From assembly GCF_022539665.2 (NCBI RefSeq), contig NC_081332.1, positions 4,278,001 to 4,342,000 on the forward strand: DNA of 64,000 bases. Direction: 5' to 3'. The position numbers were made by a program, and so were the translations under genes. This DNA comes from Daphnia carinata. Taxonomy: Eukaryota. The notes below the pieces were generated by a model, which had not been told where the DNA came from, searched no databases, and saw nothing but the letters and a program-made list of their open reading frames with translations. Within the stretch, counting starts at the first letter, position 1. Every line of letters begins with the position of its first letter. Of this stretch, positions 42,333 to 53,658 are shown piece by piece.

Positions 42333-42926
42333 TTAGTACTCTTGAGAATTGGCCTTTCCTTTTGAGGCCCCCTTAGAGCCTCCAGCAGGCGCAGTTTCTG
42401 TTTTCTTAGGGAGGAGAACTGCTTGAATATTGGGCAACACACCACCTTGAGCAATGGTAACTCCAGACAGGAGTTTGTTCAATTCTTCGTCATTACGGAT
42501 GGCCAACTGCAGATGTCTTGGAATGATCCTATTATTAAAAATGAAGATAAAATAAATTGTTGTCGAATTACTGCAGCACATTTCTTACCTAGTCTTTTTG
42601 TTGTCTCTGGCAGCATTACCAGCCAACTCAAGAACTTCAGCAGCCAAATACTCCATCACAGCAGCAAGGTAAACAGGGGCACCTGCACCAACACGCTCTG
42701 CATAATTACCCTTGCGAAGCATACGGTGGATACGACCTACTGGAAACTGAAGTCCAGCACGGCTGGAGCGGGACTTGGCCTTAGCCTTAACTTTGCCTGC
42801 AAAATGAGAATACGTTTTCATTCAACTTATTCAACAAAAATTGGTCGGTTTAACAATGCGGTATTCTAACCAGAACCAGACAATAAAACATGTTTTTTCT
42901 TTACCTCCCTTTCCACGGCCAGACAT
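42333..42926 (-). CDS. H2AX: Histone H2A.X-type variant (intron-containing, C-terminal SQEY)
   Basis: Exons 42905-42926, 42589-42796 and 42333-42528 give [32 protein letters not shown]...[23 protein letters not shown]...KANSQEY. A minus-strand AATAAA lies at 42190-42195; no stem-loop is seen in the 3' UTR. Confidence 0.93.
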
Positions 42927-44139
42927 TATGTGTAGTTTAAGTTAAAACGAGAAGTCCAAATGGTAAGAACTAAAGATGAATTCAGTGCCCCAGCTAGTCG
43001 ACAAACCTTCCGGAAATGACGTCGAACCAACCGTTTTCCTTTATTACATCGACTCTCCCTACTCTCCCCCACCCCTATATCAACTAGTACGCCATCTGCA
43101 AATCGATTTCTTTTTTCATGGCGCGAAAGCTGCAAACAAAAACATTCCATTTTTTAACTTTGAGAAAGACAAAAAGAAAATAGATAATGCTGAAAATCAT
43201 TTAATACCAAAATGTAATGTTTACGATCATTCTTGCCATAACTTGTTGAGACAAAACAAGAATGGCAAACGTTTTTGGCCTAGGGCTCAAGCACGTGAAA
43301 CACTGGAACACCACACACGTTGTGAACACCAACAACTACAACACCATAGGCATGTTTGGGATTTGTTAACTAGCTGGAAAATCAGTAGTATTTTGTTTTG
43401 TGATTGAAGGTACCAAAACCAAATTTGTAATACTGTTTACAGTATGCGTTTGTTTCTCTCAACGTGCCTTGTTAAAACTTCGGCCTTCAAGAAAAACGAA
43501 AGTGGTAAGTACGTTGCTAACAAAAACACGTGGATGAGACGCTGTATCCTGTGTGTCCTTTTTCGTAGATTGAAATGCCATGACGATTAACGTTCGTCGA
43601 CTAATTACGTTACGTGTTCGAAGTTGAGACATTGCTTTGATCACCTTCACAACGAACAATTGTCGATGTAGTACCGTAAACGTTTGCTACGTGTTTTGCA
43701 CGATCCAACTTGCAATCCAAGTGGTTCTTTTAAGGTATTGTACCAAAGTATCAGACTTGTAAAGAAAGGAAGGTCTTGTCAGCAGTTTTTTCTGGTTGGT
43801 ATTTTTCATGAGCTTCCAAATCTGAACGGAAAAAAACAACAGGTTTTTGAAAGTCAGATGTATTTCGGCTTTAAATTTCGTAAAGGTAACAGAGCAATTT
43901 GCATAAAGGGGCGATTTGTTAACTTGGAAACACTGCGGAAATAACAAAACGTAGCTAACAATGGAAGGCTCCGCCTTTTTCATTCAAGGCTTATTTCTGG
44001 CAAAAAAATATCTTTATGATCTGTAGAGGCATAGACGTACCCGTTGAACGAGACCTTGCGGAATGTCAGGTAGCACACCAATCATTTCTTACATCACAGA
44101 CTAGAGGACTTGGCAACAGCATGCAGATAGCTGTTCACA

Positions 44140-44960
44140 ACAACAGAGAGGAGTTTGTATTTATTCCACCTTACATGGAACTAGTGGCTTTTCCAGTTTA
44201 GATGCTCTTGGAGTGGCACCACAGGCTTACGTGACGGTTATGAAGGCCAATGTCGGCATAACCAAAAGAGGGTATATAAAATAAGAGTGTAAATTAAGAA
44301 AAAATAAAAGCTATATTTTTGGCCTTTATTGTTCTGACCTTCTAGAAGAGTCTGGGATGATCACTTCTGGTTATAGATTTTCTACCTGTAATTTTCTACT
44401 GTTGCGCCATCAAGGACGTGGATGGGGCAGATACGCAATCTGCCCAAGAGCTTATCATCTCATCTCTGATGGTAAATTGGTTATGAATTCGCCTTAAGGT
44501 ATAAATCAACTAACATTTTTCGATTCTTTATTTTTGGATTAGGTCACGATTCATGCAGATTTTTCGCCATGAAGGGAATTCAGTTATTAATGTGTCATTT
44601 TAGTTCCACTTCAATTTCGTACGTTCTTGATTTTGTACCGGTTTCAATGCTATCCAACTGTTCCCCAAAGGTATGTTTTGATTTTTTTTAAAACACATTA
44701 ATCAATTACGATGCATACATGAATTTTGTTGACATTCAGTTTCGTCCCAAAGTGGAATCTCCAGAATATTAAACCTGATCGCTTGTTTTCCCTTGCGGAA
44801 ATACTAAACCTGTTTTCCATCTCGCTTTCTCTAATCGTCTTGCCAACTGTGATCCCCCCCCCCTCAAATAACGTAGTTGAGGATTTCTTCATTGCACCAT
44901 ACATTGTGCTGTATTCTACCAAACAACTTTGAACAGAAAGGACCAGTAAGAAAAACAGGT
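44140..44960 (+). pseudogene. Possible decayed multi-exon gene or spliced non-coding transcript
   Basis: Three GT..AG segments of locally typical intron size (about 44272-44345, 44472-44542, 44671-44739) separate coding-like blocks, but every frame carries stops and no family is recognisable. Confidence 0.25.
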
Positions 44961-45595
44961 ATCTTACATTTTTGGTTATACTCCGTGTTAACTTTGCAAA
45001 ATTAATTCAGCTTTCCATCAGTGCAGATTGACCAAGGCTGGCTATTGCAGACAAAAATATCAAATTTAAAAACTAAAGGATTTTAGTTTTCGAAGGTCTC
45101 TTTCTATAACATTTTTCGCTCTCTACCTTTTTTATGTCTACCTTTTGCCGACATAGGTGAACGAGATTTAAAAAGGTTAGGTGGTGGTAACTAAAAAATT
45201 TTGAGGCCCCTGCGGGAGAAAAACGCTGTCCACGGCCCCCAAGGAAAACGCGGGCAAGCCCATAACGAATCCACCAATGAGAGCAGGTAAAGGCTACTTC
45301 TCGACCAATCTCCAGGTGGATTCTGGAGTCGGTCCCCGTTTCTGTAGAATTTATTCAATTTTTTTCACTTTTTCGATAGTATATAGCAATCTGTAGTGTG
45401 TCGCATGTTGTATACTCGCTGTTGATCGTCGGAGGGCACCTTTTTGTGCGCGTTCAAATCTCTGTTTTTAAGGTTTTGGACTCGTTTAAATTAAGCACAC
45501 GTGAAATATTTCATTCCTTACATTTGAGTGACGTGTCATTTCGAATATTTTCTTTTCTAGTTAGCTCCAGGTGTTTCAGTTTTGCATCCGCCAAA

Positions 45596-48357
45596 ATGAA
45601 GTCTCGGCGGAGTTGGTCGGTGACTGCGTCAGATCTTGCCAAAAATACCTTTAACCCCATCCGTACGGTGGTCGAATCCATGAAATTGACACCTAATCCA
45701 GAGAAACCAATGATTGCCCTGTCCATAGGTGAGCATTTTTCTTATATTGACATGCTTTTTTTTTTTTAACACCTGACGATTTGCGCGTCTACTGCGCAGT
45801 TGTTTCCGAAAGCGACATTGTTAGCCTTCTGGTTGTAAAAACAAAAAACAAAAATGAATGCCGGCGGCATTGGCAAAGCACCAAAAACTATGCAAATTTC
45901 TGTAAACAAAATAATTTCTGTAACGGTTCAAGGTTCTACGTGATCCTCCCCCTTTTCTCTTTTTTTGTGCCATTAAAGTCTATTATAATAACGTTAAAGG
46001 TACGTTTGGTTTTACCCGTCCTTGCCATGTCTTGCCCTCTGGGAAGTTAGTCAAAACTTATGATTTTTCTTCTTCGTAAAAATATGTTAGTGAGAGGTAA
46101 TTACGCAATTTCGCTTTGGGTTTTAACATCGTAGAAAATGCGTAAATATAAAAATCGTACTCGGTGATTCTTCGTTCTATTTCGAACCGGTTTCCTGTGC
46201 TTTTTTCTTTTTACAGTTTTATTCGTACTTGTGTTAATTTTTGCGCATTGGTAGGTGATCCGACGGTTTTTGGAAATTTGTGCCCGGCGGAAGAGATCAT
46301 CGAGGCCGTCGTTGAAAGTGTTCGTTCGATGAAATACAACGGCTATGCACCAAGTACTGGTAAGTTATTGCGAAACAGTTGGGGCCTTGGCCTCCTAATT
46401 TCTTTCAAGTTAGGTTAGGTTATTGCGTTCATATGTAGATGAGGCACCCTGCATTCATTGGCTCACAAGCTTTGGGCCCCTCCCGAAGACTTGATTTGCA
46501 ACATGTCTATGATATGGGGTCAGATATCGATTGAGGTCATCAGGTCAAAAGAAATAAAAAGAATCTCTGCTATGTCGAAGGGGAGTAGACATGGGTGAGA
46601 GACTAGGGTAGAATATCAATCCCCCTCGTCTTGAAAAACTTTCTCGTCCATTTGTTTCCCATTGATCTCATTTAGATAAATAACCTTCTCTTTCTATTTA
46701 TGGTCCAGGCTATGAAGAAGCCCGCAAAATCGTAGCTTCTTATGTCTCAGTACCTGGAGCGACCGTTGAAGCTAAGGTATAAATCTCATTACCTGTTCTT
46801 TGAGACTTATTTTTAAATGTCAATTGGTATTCTAGGATATAATCTTATGTTCTGGCTGTTCTTGTGCCCTTGACTTGAGCATCTCTGTATTGGCAAATCC
46901 GGGACAAAATATTCTTGTGCCTCGCCCGGGGTTCCCACTCTACCGTACATTGGCAGAGGGATTGGGCATTCGAACCAAATTTTACGATCTGAAGGTTGTA
47001 CAGCATTCTTCATGGTCATTGCCAATAGACTGTCTAGAATGAATCGTAGCTAATCCCAGCTTCCTTATCGTTGCAGCCTGAAAACGGATGGGAAGTCGAC
47101 CTGGAACAACTTGAAGCGCAAATTGACGACCAAACAGCTGCCATCGTCGTTAATAATCCTTCTAATCCTTGTGGATCTGTCTACAATCGTTCGCATTTGA
47201 ATGCAATTCTTCAAGTGGCCGCTCGCAATTTTGTGCCCATTATCGCAGATGAAATCTACGATTACTTCGTAAGTCTCGTTAATTTTATCCACTTTGATTA
47301 TGTATTAATCGGAAAATATTCTTGTGATGCCTACAGGTATTTCCTGGTCACGAGTTTCATCCCCTGGCTTCACTGACAAATGAAGTTCCCATTCTGACAT
47401 GCGGTGGGCTGACCAAAAGGTTTATCGACTACCTACTCTCGTTCGACTTGTGCCTTAACTCGTTTGTTTTCTAATGGATAGATATCTTATACCTGGCTGG
47501 AGAATGGGCTGGATTGTTGTTCACGATAGGAACGAAGCGCTTTCATTGGAGGTATTAAGAGTCAGCTACATGAGTTTTATCTGACAAACAATAATAGAAT
47601 GCATTATGACTTGTTGACTGTCGTCAGGTCAGGAAAGGATTGCAGAGTCTAAGCCAAAGGATTATCGGTAGTAGTACCATCCTACAAGGGGCTCTGAGTC
47701 GTATTTTGACGCAAACACCGCCGGAATTCTTCCAGTCAACTATCGCGCAAGTTTACGCAAGTGTTATTCCAACTATTTTCTCTTTTTTTTTTCCCTTGGG
47801 TTCGGGTTATCTAATGATAGTGTGACCTACAACAGGATAACGCCCGACTGGCGCATCAACTGCTGTCTGGCTTGCCTGGAATGAGACCAATCATGCCTTC
47901 CGGGGCAATGTACATGATGGTAACAGACTGACAAATGTCTAGATTTCCCCTTTTTAAGTTATTTTTAACGGTGAAACAATTTTTGATCGACTGTTTTCAG
48001 GTTGGTGTAGACATGAGCAATTTCCCCGAGTTTGAAAACGACTTGCAATTTGTTGAACGTATGGTAACAGAGGAGTCGGTCTTTTGTCTGCCCGGAAGAG
48101 TAAGCATTTTAAAATTTGTATTATTCACCAATTTTAATTGTAACGAATTTATTTGTTAGTGCTTTGATTATCCCAACTACTTTCGTATCGTCCTAACTGT
48201 GCCTGAAATGCAATTACGCGAAGCCTGCCATCGTATTAGCCAATTTTGCACCGCTCACTATGTCGCGCCTCTCGCCTTGGGGAAGGAAGAGCAACTTTCC
48301 AATGGCCATATTCACCACGAGCTACACAACGGCATCGTCACTGTTATAGAGCCTTGA
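45596..48357 (+). CDS. TAT: Tyrosine aminotransferase
   Basis: Eleven exons. [73 protein letters not shown], the PLP-lysine region [34 protein letters not shown] and [15 protein letters not shown]. Confidence 0.96.
46534..46547 (+). promoter_or_regulatory. Perfect DR2 nuclear-receptor element in TAT intron 2
   Basis: AGGTCA-TC-AGGTCA, with a further GGGTCA half-site at 46517-46522. Confidence 0.4.
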
Positions 48358-49431
48358 CACTGGAAACAAAAAAAAAACAGATGATTTTGGAAGATATTTT
48401 TTAATCAGTAGTCCCTACCAGTAGGCGTTTCTGCATCGTGTTGGAGAAACCAGAATTTTTTGCCGTCCTTTCTCGCCCGGTACAATTTTTACACGGTTGC
48501 GGAAAAATAACAACTATCCGTCGTTAGGACAGTGTTATTCCCTTTTCAGAAGCGAAAGAGCAAAGGATTCAGTTTCGCGAGATATTGAGGTTTTAAATAA
48601 TAATAGCTAATATTTTATACCCTTGTCGACTATGTACATGTTACGAAATGAAAAGCCAATACAATTTTTAAGACTAAACTTCCGTGTATTTATTTTTTAT
48701 TTAAATATGACAGACCTAAAAAACACTCTTGAATAACATTGTTTGAGAAAAAAAAAAAAGATAAAATTTTTTTTTGCTTTTTGATGACACGCAAAAGGGG
48801 AAAAGTGGGGTAATAAGAGGATGGTAGTAGGAGCTGAAAAACGAAACAACGCTGGCTTTCGTGTGGGAAGTCGGATTGAGAATTGGGTTTTTTCTTATTT
48901 AACCTCTTTAAATATAATTTTTTTTTTCTTTAAATAATGTTATTTACAAATTGTGGTTTAAATGCAGCAGAAAAACCCATTCGCTGCTTGTTTGTGGGTT
49001 GTGGAATTACACAAGAAAAAAACGAAACTAGAGCAGCGTGAGAAGCTTTTTGTTTGTTTTGAATGATGACGTTTCAATGCATCAGTAATGACTTTGTGAG
49101 TAGACAAGAAAAAAAAAAGTCCATAAAGCGAATCGATTTGGCAACGATCCTTGAACTAGGGGCGAAGCGAAAATCTTCATCCAAAATGCCTAAGCTCAAG
49201 CTGCATCCAAGTTGCCCCCTCTTTGAAGATTCTCTGGAACAGCATTTCAAAAAAATAATAATAATAAATCCATCAATAATAATAAAAAAAAAAATTGAAG
49301 AGAGAAGAGATTATTTGAAAGGGTGGGATCTATCTGCCGACTTTGAGAGATGTTCACCACCATTTGGCCCACATTTCATGACCAGATTTTGTGTTGTGTA
49401 TGTGTACGTGTTGCATGTGAAACGATTCCCA

Positions 49432-51853
49432 CTAAGCGGGTGAGGGATTGATTATTTCATCGAACGTAATTTGTTGGCACTGAGTACCACGATGCCCAGA
49501 TGCACCGCAGTTAAAACATGAATTGTTGCCCGGAATCGGACTAGGACCTCCACCAGATGACTGAGAGCCAGGAGGTGGTGGCCGACTGTAGTCCGTGGAA
49601 CCGGTTTGGTCAGAACGAATGAATAACGCACCCGGCGGTAAGTACGGTATTTCCATTAACGATGGCCGTCCATTAGTGACACTGGACCCTATTTGAATGT
49701 TTGAAATTTAAATATCACACTTTGCCTTGTTGTATATGGAATTATCGCATACCGTGATGAGAACCAAGAGGTTGAGCGACGATTTGACCCTGCACTACAT
49801 ACGACTGGGGTGGATAAATCATGTCATGTGGACCTGGTGCTCGTGCATTGCCGGGAAGTCCAGCAGAGTTTGGCGGCGGACCAGAAATAAAAGTGAATGG
49901 GTGCTGGGGGAAGGGTGGTGTCCCATCTCCTGCGCAACATAAGAATGAAATAGTTGACAGAAATGAGTCATAGTTCTTTGTTACTTAAGACGGTTATAGC
50001 CAATTTACCGTTAGGCAAATGCAGGTATTGGTACGGGTAGACGGATAATGTCGGGGCAGGAGACTGCGCAGGCTGCTGTGTTTGGGCTACTACTGCTGCC
50101 TGAGCTTCCAGGTGAGGCGGAGGAGTGCTGCTATCAACAATGAAAGACGTGGCCTGTACTGGGGCCGAAGAAGGTTGGACGACCTGCTTTTGCTGTTGTT
50201 GGGCGGGTACCGCGTAAGAAAGACTGACGGGAAAGGACATTTCTCTGGGCTGTGATGCTGCTCTGCTTGTCGTCGTAGAGATTGGCTGCTGCTGCTGTTG
50301 TCGCATTGGGCCAGCAGAATTATTGCTAGTGGCGCCCATCGGTCGCGGAAAGCCAATGTTGTTGGCACCACGCAAAGGCGCGTTAGCTACCGTACCCGAA
50401 GACGGCAGACGAGTCTGTGGTCTTGTTCCTAGTTGAAGAGAGCAACGTACAATAGCTGTTTTACATGAAGTACTATTCTTATTAGATTACCTGGATTGAG
50501 AACCATCACACTCTGCGGAACTGGATAGTGTTTTCGATGATCTCTAGGAGCATTACTGCTCGAGTCTGTTGGGCTGCTCGGTGGGCTGCACGTTTCCAAG
50601 CTACTGCTGCCACTGCTTGATGATGACCCTGCACGATTGGTTAACGAATCTTGCTGCAACTGTTGTTGATGATTTTGTTGTTGATGATTTTGTTGTTGAT
50701 GATGTTGTTGCTGGTGATGCTGCTGCTGTTGATATTGTTGTTGCTGCTGATAATGTTGCTGTGGTTGGTTTTCTATTGCTGCTGTCGTGATTCGCTGACT
50801 GTTTTTGAAGGCGGGCTGAACGTTAGGTGGGCCCATACAGGTTTTCACCAGGCTGGGCCGAGATGCTGTCGACGTAGTGGACTTGCTGTGGATTTGTTGA
50901 GCCACTTTGGTCTCTTCATTAGGAATTACCAGCCCGTTTGACTTGTGATTGTACTGATTCAGCACCTTTCGTAACTGGCTAACGAAGTTCAAACTGAGTC
51001 CACAACTAATGAAATCCTGGTCGCTATAACTCATAAGCTCGGTAAAAGAAACATTCTCAAATTGTCTCCAACCTTTCGGTAGTCGGTCTTTACCCAGCTG
51101 TTCTTTAAGCTGTGTCGTGAAAGGATCCATCATAGCAGATCCATTTGACTTGGGGCTGTTTCGGTTGCGACGGATTGTCGGCCGTTCATTCTGCACTGTC
51201 TTATTCCTACTGTTGCTATTGGTACTGTTATGGCTACTGCTACTGCTGCTGCTGCTACTGTTGGAGCCATTGTTGAGAGATCGTTCTGAGATATCTGGGG
51301 GACTGCTTTGAGGCTGCGGGCTAGGAGTTGAAGCAGGAACAGGGGATACACTGTCAGAGGTTGGCCTCAGCCCAGGTAAACGAGATTGCATGCATAGGTA
51401 GATATCTCCCAGCTTGTCCTTCTCCTCAAAAGTGAAACTGGGATGATGCAGAGCCATGGTAAATATCAAATTTAGTTCCAGGCTAGACTCGATGGTGATG
51501 TCTGGTCCAAACATGTTCATGTCGGAGAAAGTGCTGCACAAAATCCTGTAAATGGTGTTGGCTACAATCCGGTTACCAGCATGAAGCAAAGTAAGGGCCA
51601 AGATGAGTTTTCTGCGTGACCCCTCATCATGCAGGTCAACTTCATTCAACTGCAGGCAGTTCTTCTCCAGTGCAGCTAGGATTTCTGCATCTCTGGCTGA
51701 AGGTGTTTTGTTCCTAGCCAGAAAATCAACACAAGTGTTGAGGAATCGCAGCTCGAGCGGTAGACAGATAGAGGCCAAAGTGCAGAGGACGTCCAGCCTT
51801 TGGTGGCTGGGCTGACGCGAGAACCAAACGACTATCTCCTCCTTGCGCACCAT
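49432..51853 (-). CDS. ZCCHC14/ZCCHC2-like protein (conserved N-terminal domain, SAM-like region, low-complexity linker, C-terminal CCHC zinc knuckle)
   Basis: Exons 50491-51853, 50009-50428, 49753-49929 and 49432-49688 join in frame. The N-terminus WFSRQPSHQRLDVLCTLASICLPLELRFLNTCVDFLAR resembles the ZCCHC14/ZCCHC2 N-terminus (recalled), LHHPSFTFEEK follows, and the C-terminus has SCFNCGASGHRGTQC (CX2CX4HX4C). Confidence 0.8.
50651..50768 (-). repeat. Coding poly-Q/H tract built from 15-bp (pentapeptide) units
   Basis: Encodes QPQQHYQQQQQYQQQQHHQQQHHQQQNHQQQNHQQQLQQ. The plus strand shows a repeated TGTTGTTGATGATTT. Confidence 0.9.
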
Positions 51854-52483
51854 TTCTCTTCTCGTCGGAAAGCCCGACCGTGCGCGGGTCCGAATTTATT
51901 AAAAACGCGCAAGCGACGTCAACACAGATTTCAAAAATTGTTTTCCTTTACTTCAAATGCTCACCGATAATGAAATGCATCGAATATGAAGCTAACGAAT
52001 CGACCGAATTCCTCAGAATAAATGCAATAAAACCGACATCAGACAGCAGTATAGGGAGCTGAACGATATACGGTTGCCAGATATGTTTGAATTTGCATTG
52101 ATACAAGCTAATTACATTTTCTCTTTTCTTTCTGCTGCAAATTATCAATATTAGTGAAAACTTAACAGAACTTTAAAACTTAATTTATTGTTTTAGGTAT
52201 CATCCACCTATTTCGTAAAAAGTTTAACGTTCACAATCATTTCGTCTAATTTCATGACCTAAATAACGCAGGGTCAAGGAAGAGCAAATCAGACACTGAA
52301 AAGCAATGACTGTTAAAATAATTCTTTCCATGTGTGTTTTTTTTCATTTCACGTGAACATTAGATATGGCCTTATGTTTAAATATTTTAAGATTATCATC
52401 TAATGAAACTACTTTGTATGACAGCCATGGAACGTGTTGTTTTTTATTCCATAAAGAGGGCGCCCTTGACATAAACCAAACCA

Positions 52484-53566
52484 ATGGCGATTCTCTGTTA
52501 CCCGTCATTCGGACGCAATGTTTACAAAGTCCGTTTTTTCTTCGCCGATGCGAAAAAGCTCTCCTCAGATGTACAGAGTTCAAAAAATAGCTTTCTCTAT
52601 TGCCAGGAACTAGTAAGGTAAATCTGGTTCAACATAACATAAAGGCGAAAATAGGAAATTATTATTAAGTGCGGAGTTTTTTTTTTGTAGGAAACACGAT
52701 TATGAAAATTTCATAGCCGCTCTTTTGCTCCCACCTGGACCACGTCAGTCGACGATCGCCGTAAGAGCTTTCAACATATCCGTGGCGCAGGTTCAGGATC
52801 AAGTTTCTCAAGGATTAATTGGCCAAATGAGAATGAAATTCTGGTCAGACACATTAGAAGCTATATACCAAGATGCTCCACCAGCACAGCTAGTTGCTTT
52901 GCAGCTTCATGAAGCTGTTCGCCGACATAAATTGTCTAAAAGGTGGTTGAAGAGATTAATCTCCAGTCGTGAAAATCACTTGACCTCCAAAGCCTTTCAG
53001 TCTCTCTCAGCTGTAGAAGACTATGCTGAACACTCAGTTTCTTCTGTCCTGTACCTCACCCTTGAGTCTCTTAATGTTCGAACACTTGATGGTGATCATG
53101 CAGCTAGTCATGTTGGAAGAGCTCAAGGTATTGTGACATTTCTGCGAGCAATTCCCTACAACTCAAGAAGACAACAAGTCTATGTACCAATTGACCTATT
53201 AGTCCAACATAAGGTTTCACAAAATGACATCCTGAAAGGAATTGATGATAAAAGAATGAAAGATTTAATATTTGATGTAGCTAGTTCAGCCAATGCTCAC
53301 ATTGAGAAGGTAACTAGTTTTTATTTCCCCCTTTAATTTTTACCTATAATTTAAATTGAAAATTATGTATTTCATTTTAGGCAAGAACAATAATGCCAAA
53401 AATGACTTCAGAAGGTAGAGTGGCGCTAATACCGTTACTAACCGTGGTCTCGTACTTAGAGCAATTGAGGAAAGCGGATTTTAATGTTTTCGATGCGCAA
53501 CTCTCTCAGAGAAACCCTCTTCTTCCTTGGAAAATGTGGTGGAATAAGTTTAGAGGTAAAATATAA
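52484..53566 (+). CDS. NDUFAF6: NADH dehydrogenase complex I assembly factor 6 (phytoene/squalene synthase-like)
   Basis: Exons 52484-52617, 52691-53309 and 53381-53566. Presequence-like N-terminus, YCQELVR|KHDYENF, AVRAFNISVAQVQDQVS, IGQMRMKFW, DHAASHVGRAQGI and LRKADFNVFD..LLPW. Confidence 0.92.
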
Positions 53567-53658
53567 TATTTAGGGTTTTTTGCTACATTTGCAGTATTCT
53601 TATTGTTTATATGGTTTATTAAACAAGATAAAAAAAATGTATGCAATAAATTTATTGA

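Noticed and set aside
48355..48384. TGA-C stop context of TAT (also NDUFS1) suggesting readthrough
   Set aside because: Extensions are very short and low-complexity, with no CUAG context or targeting signal.
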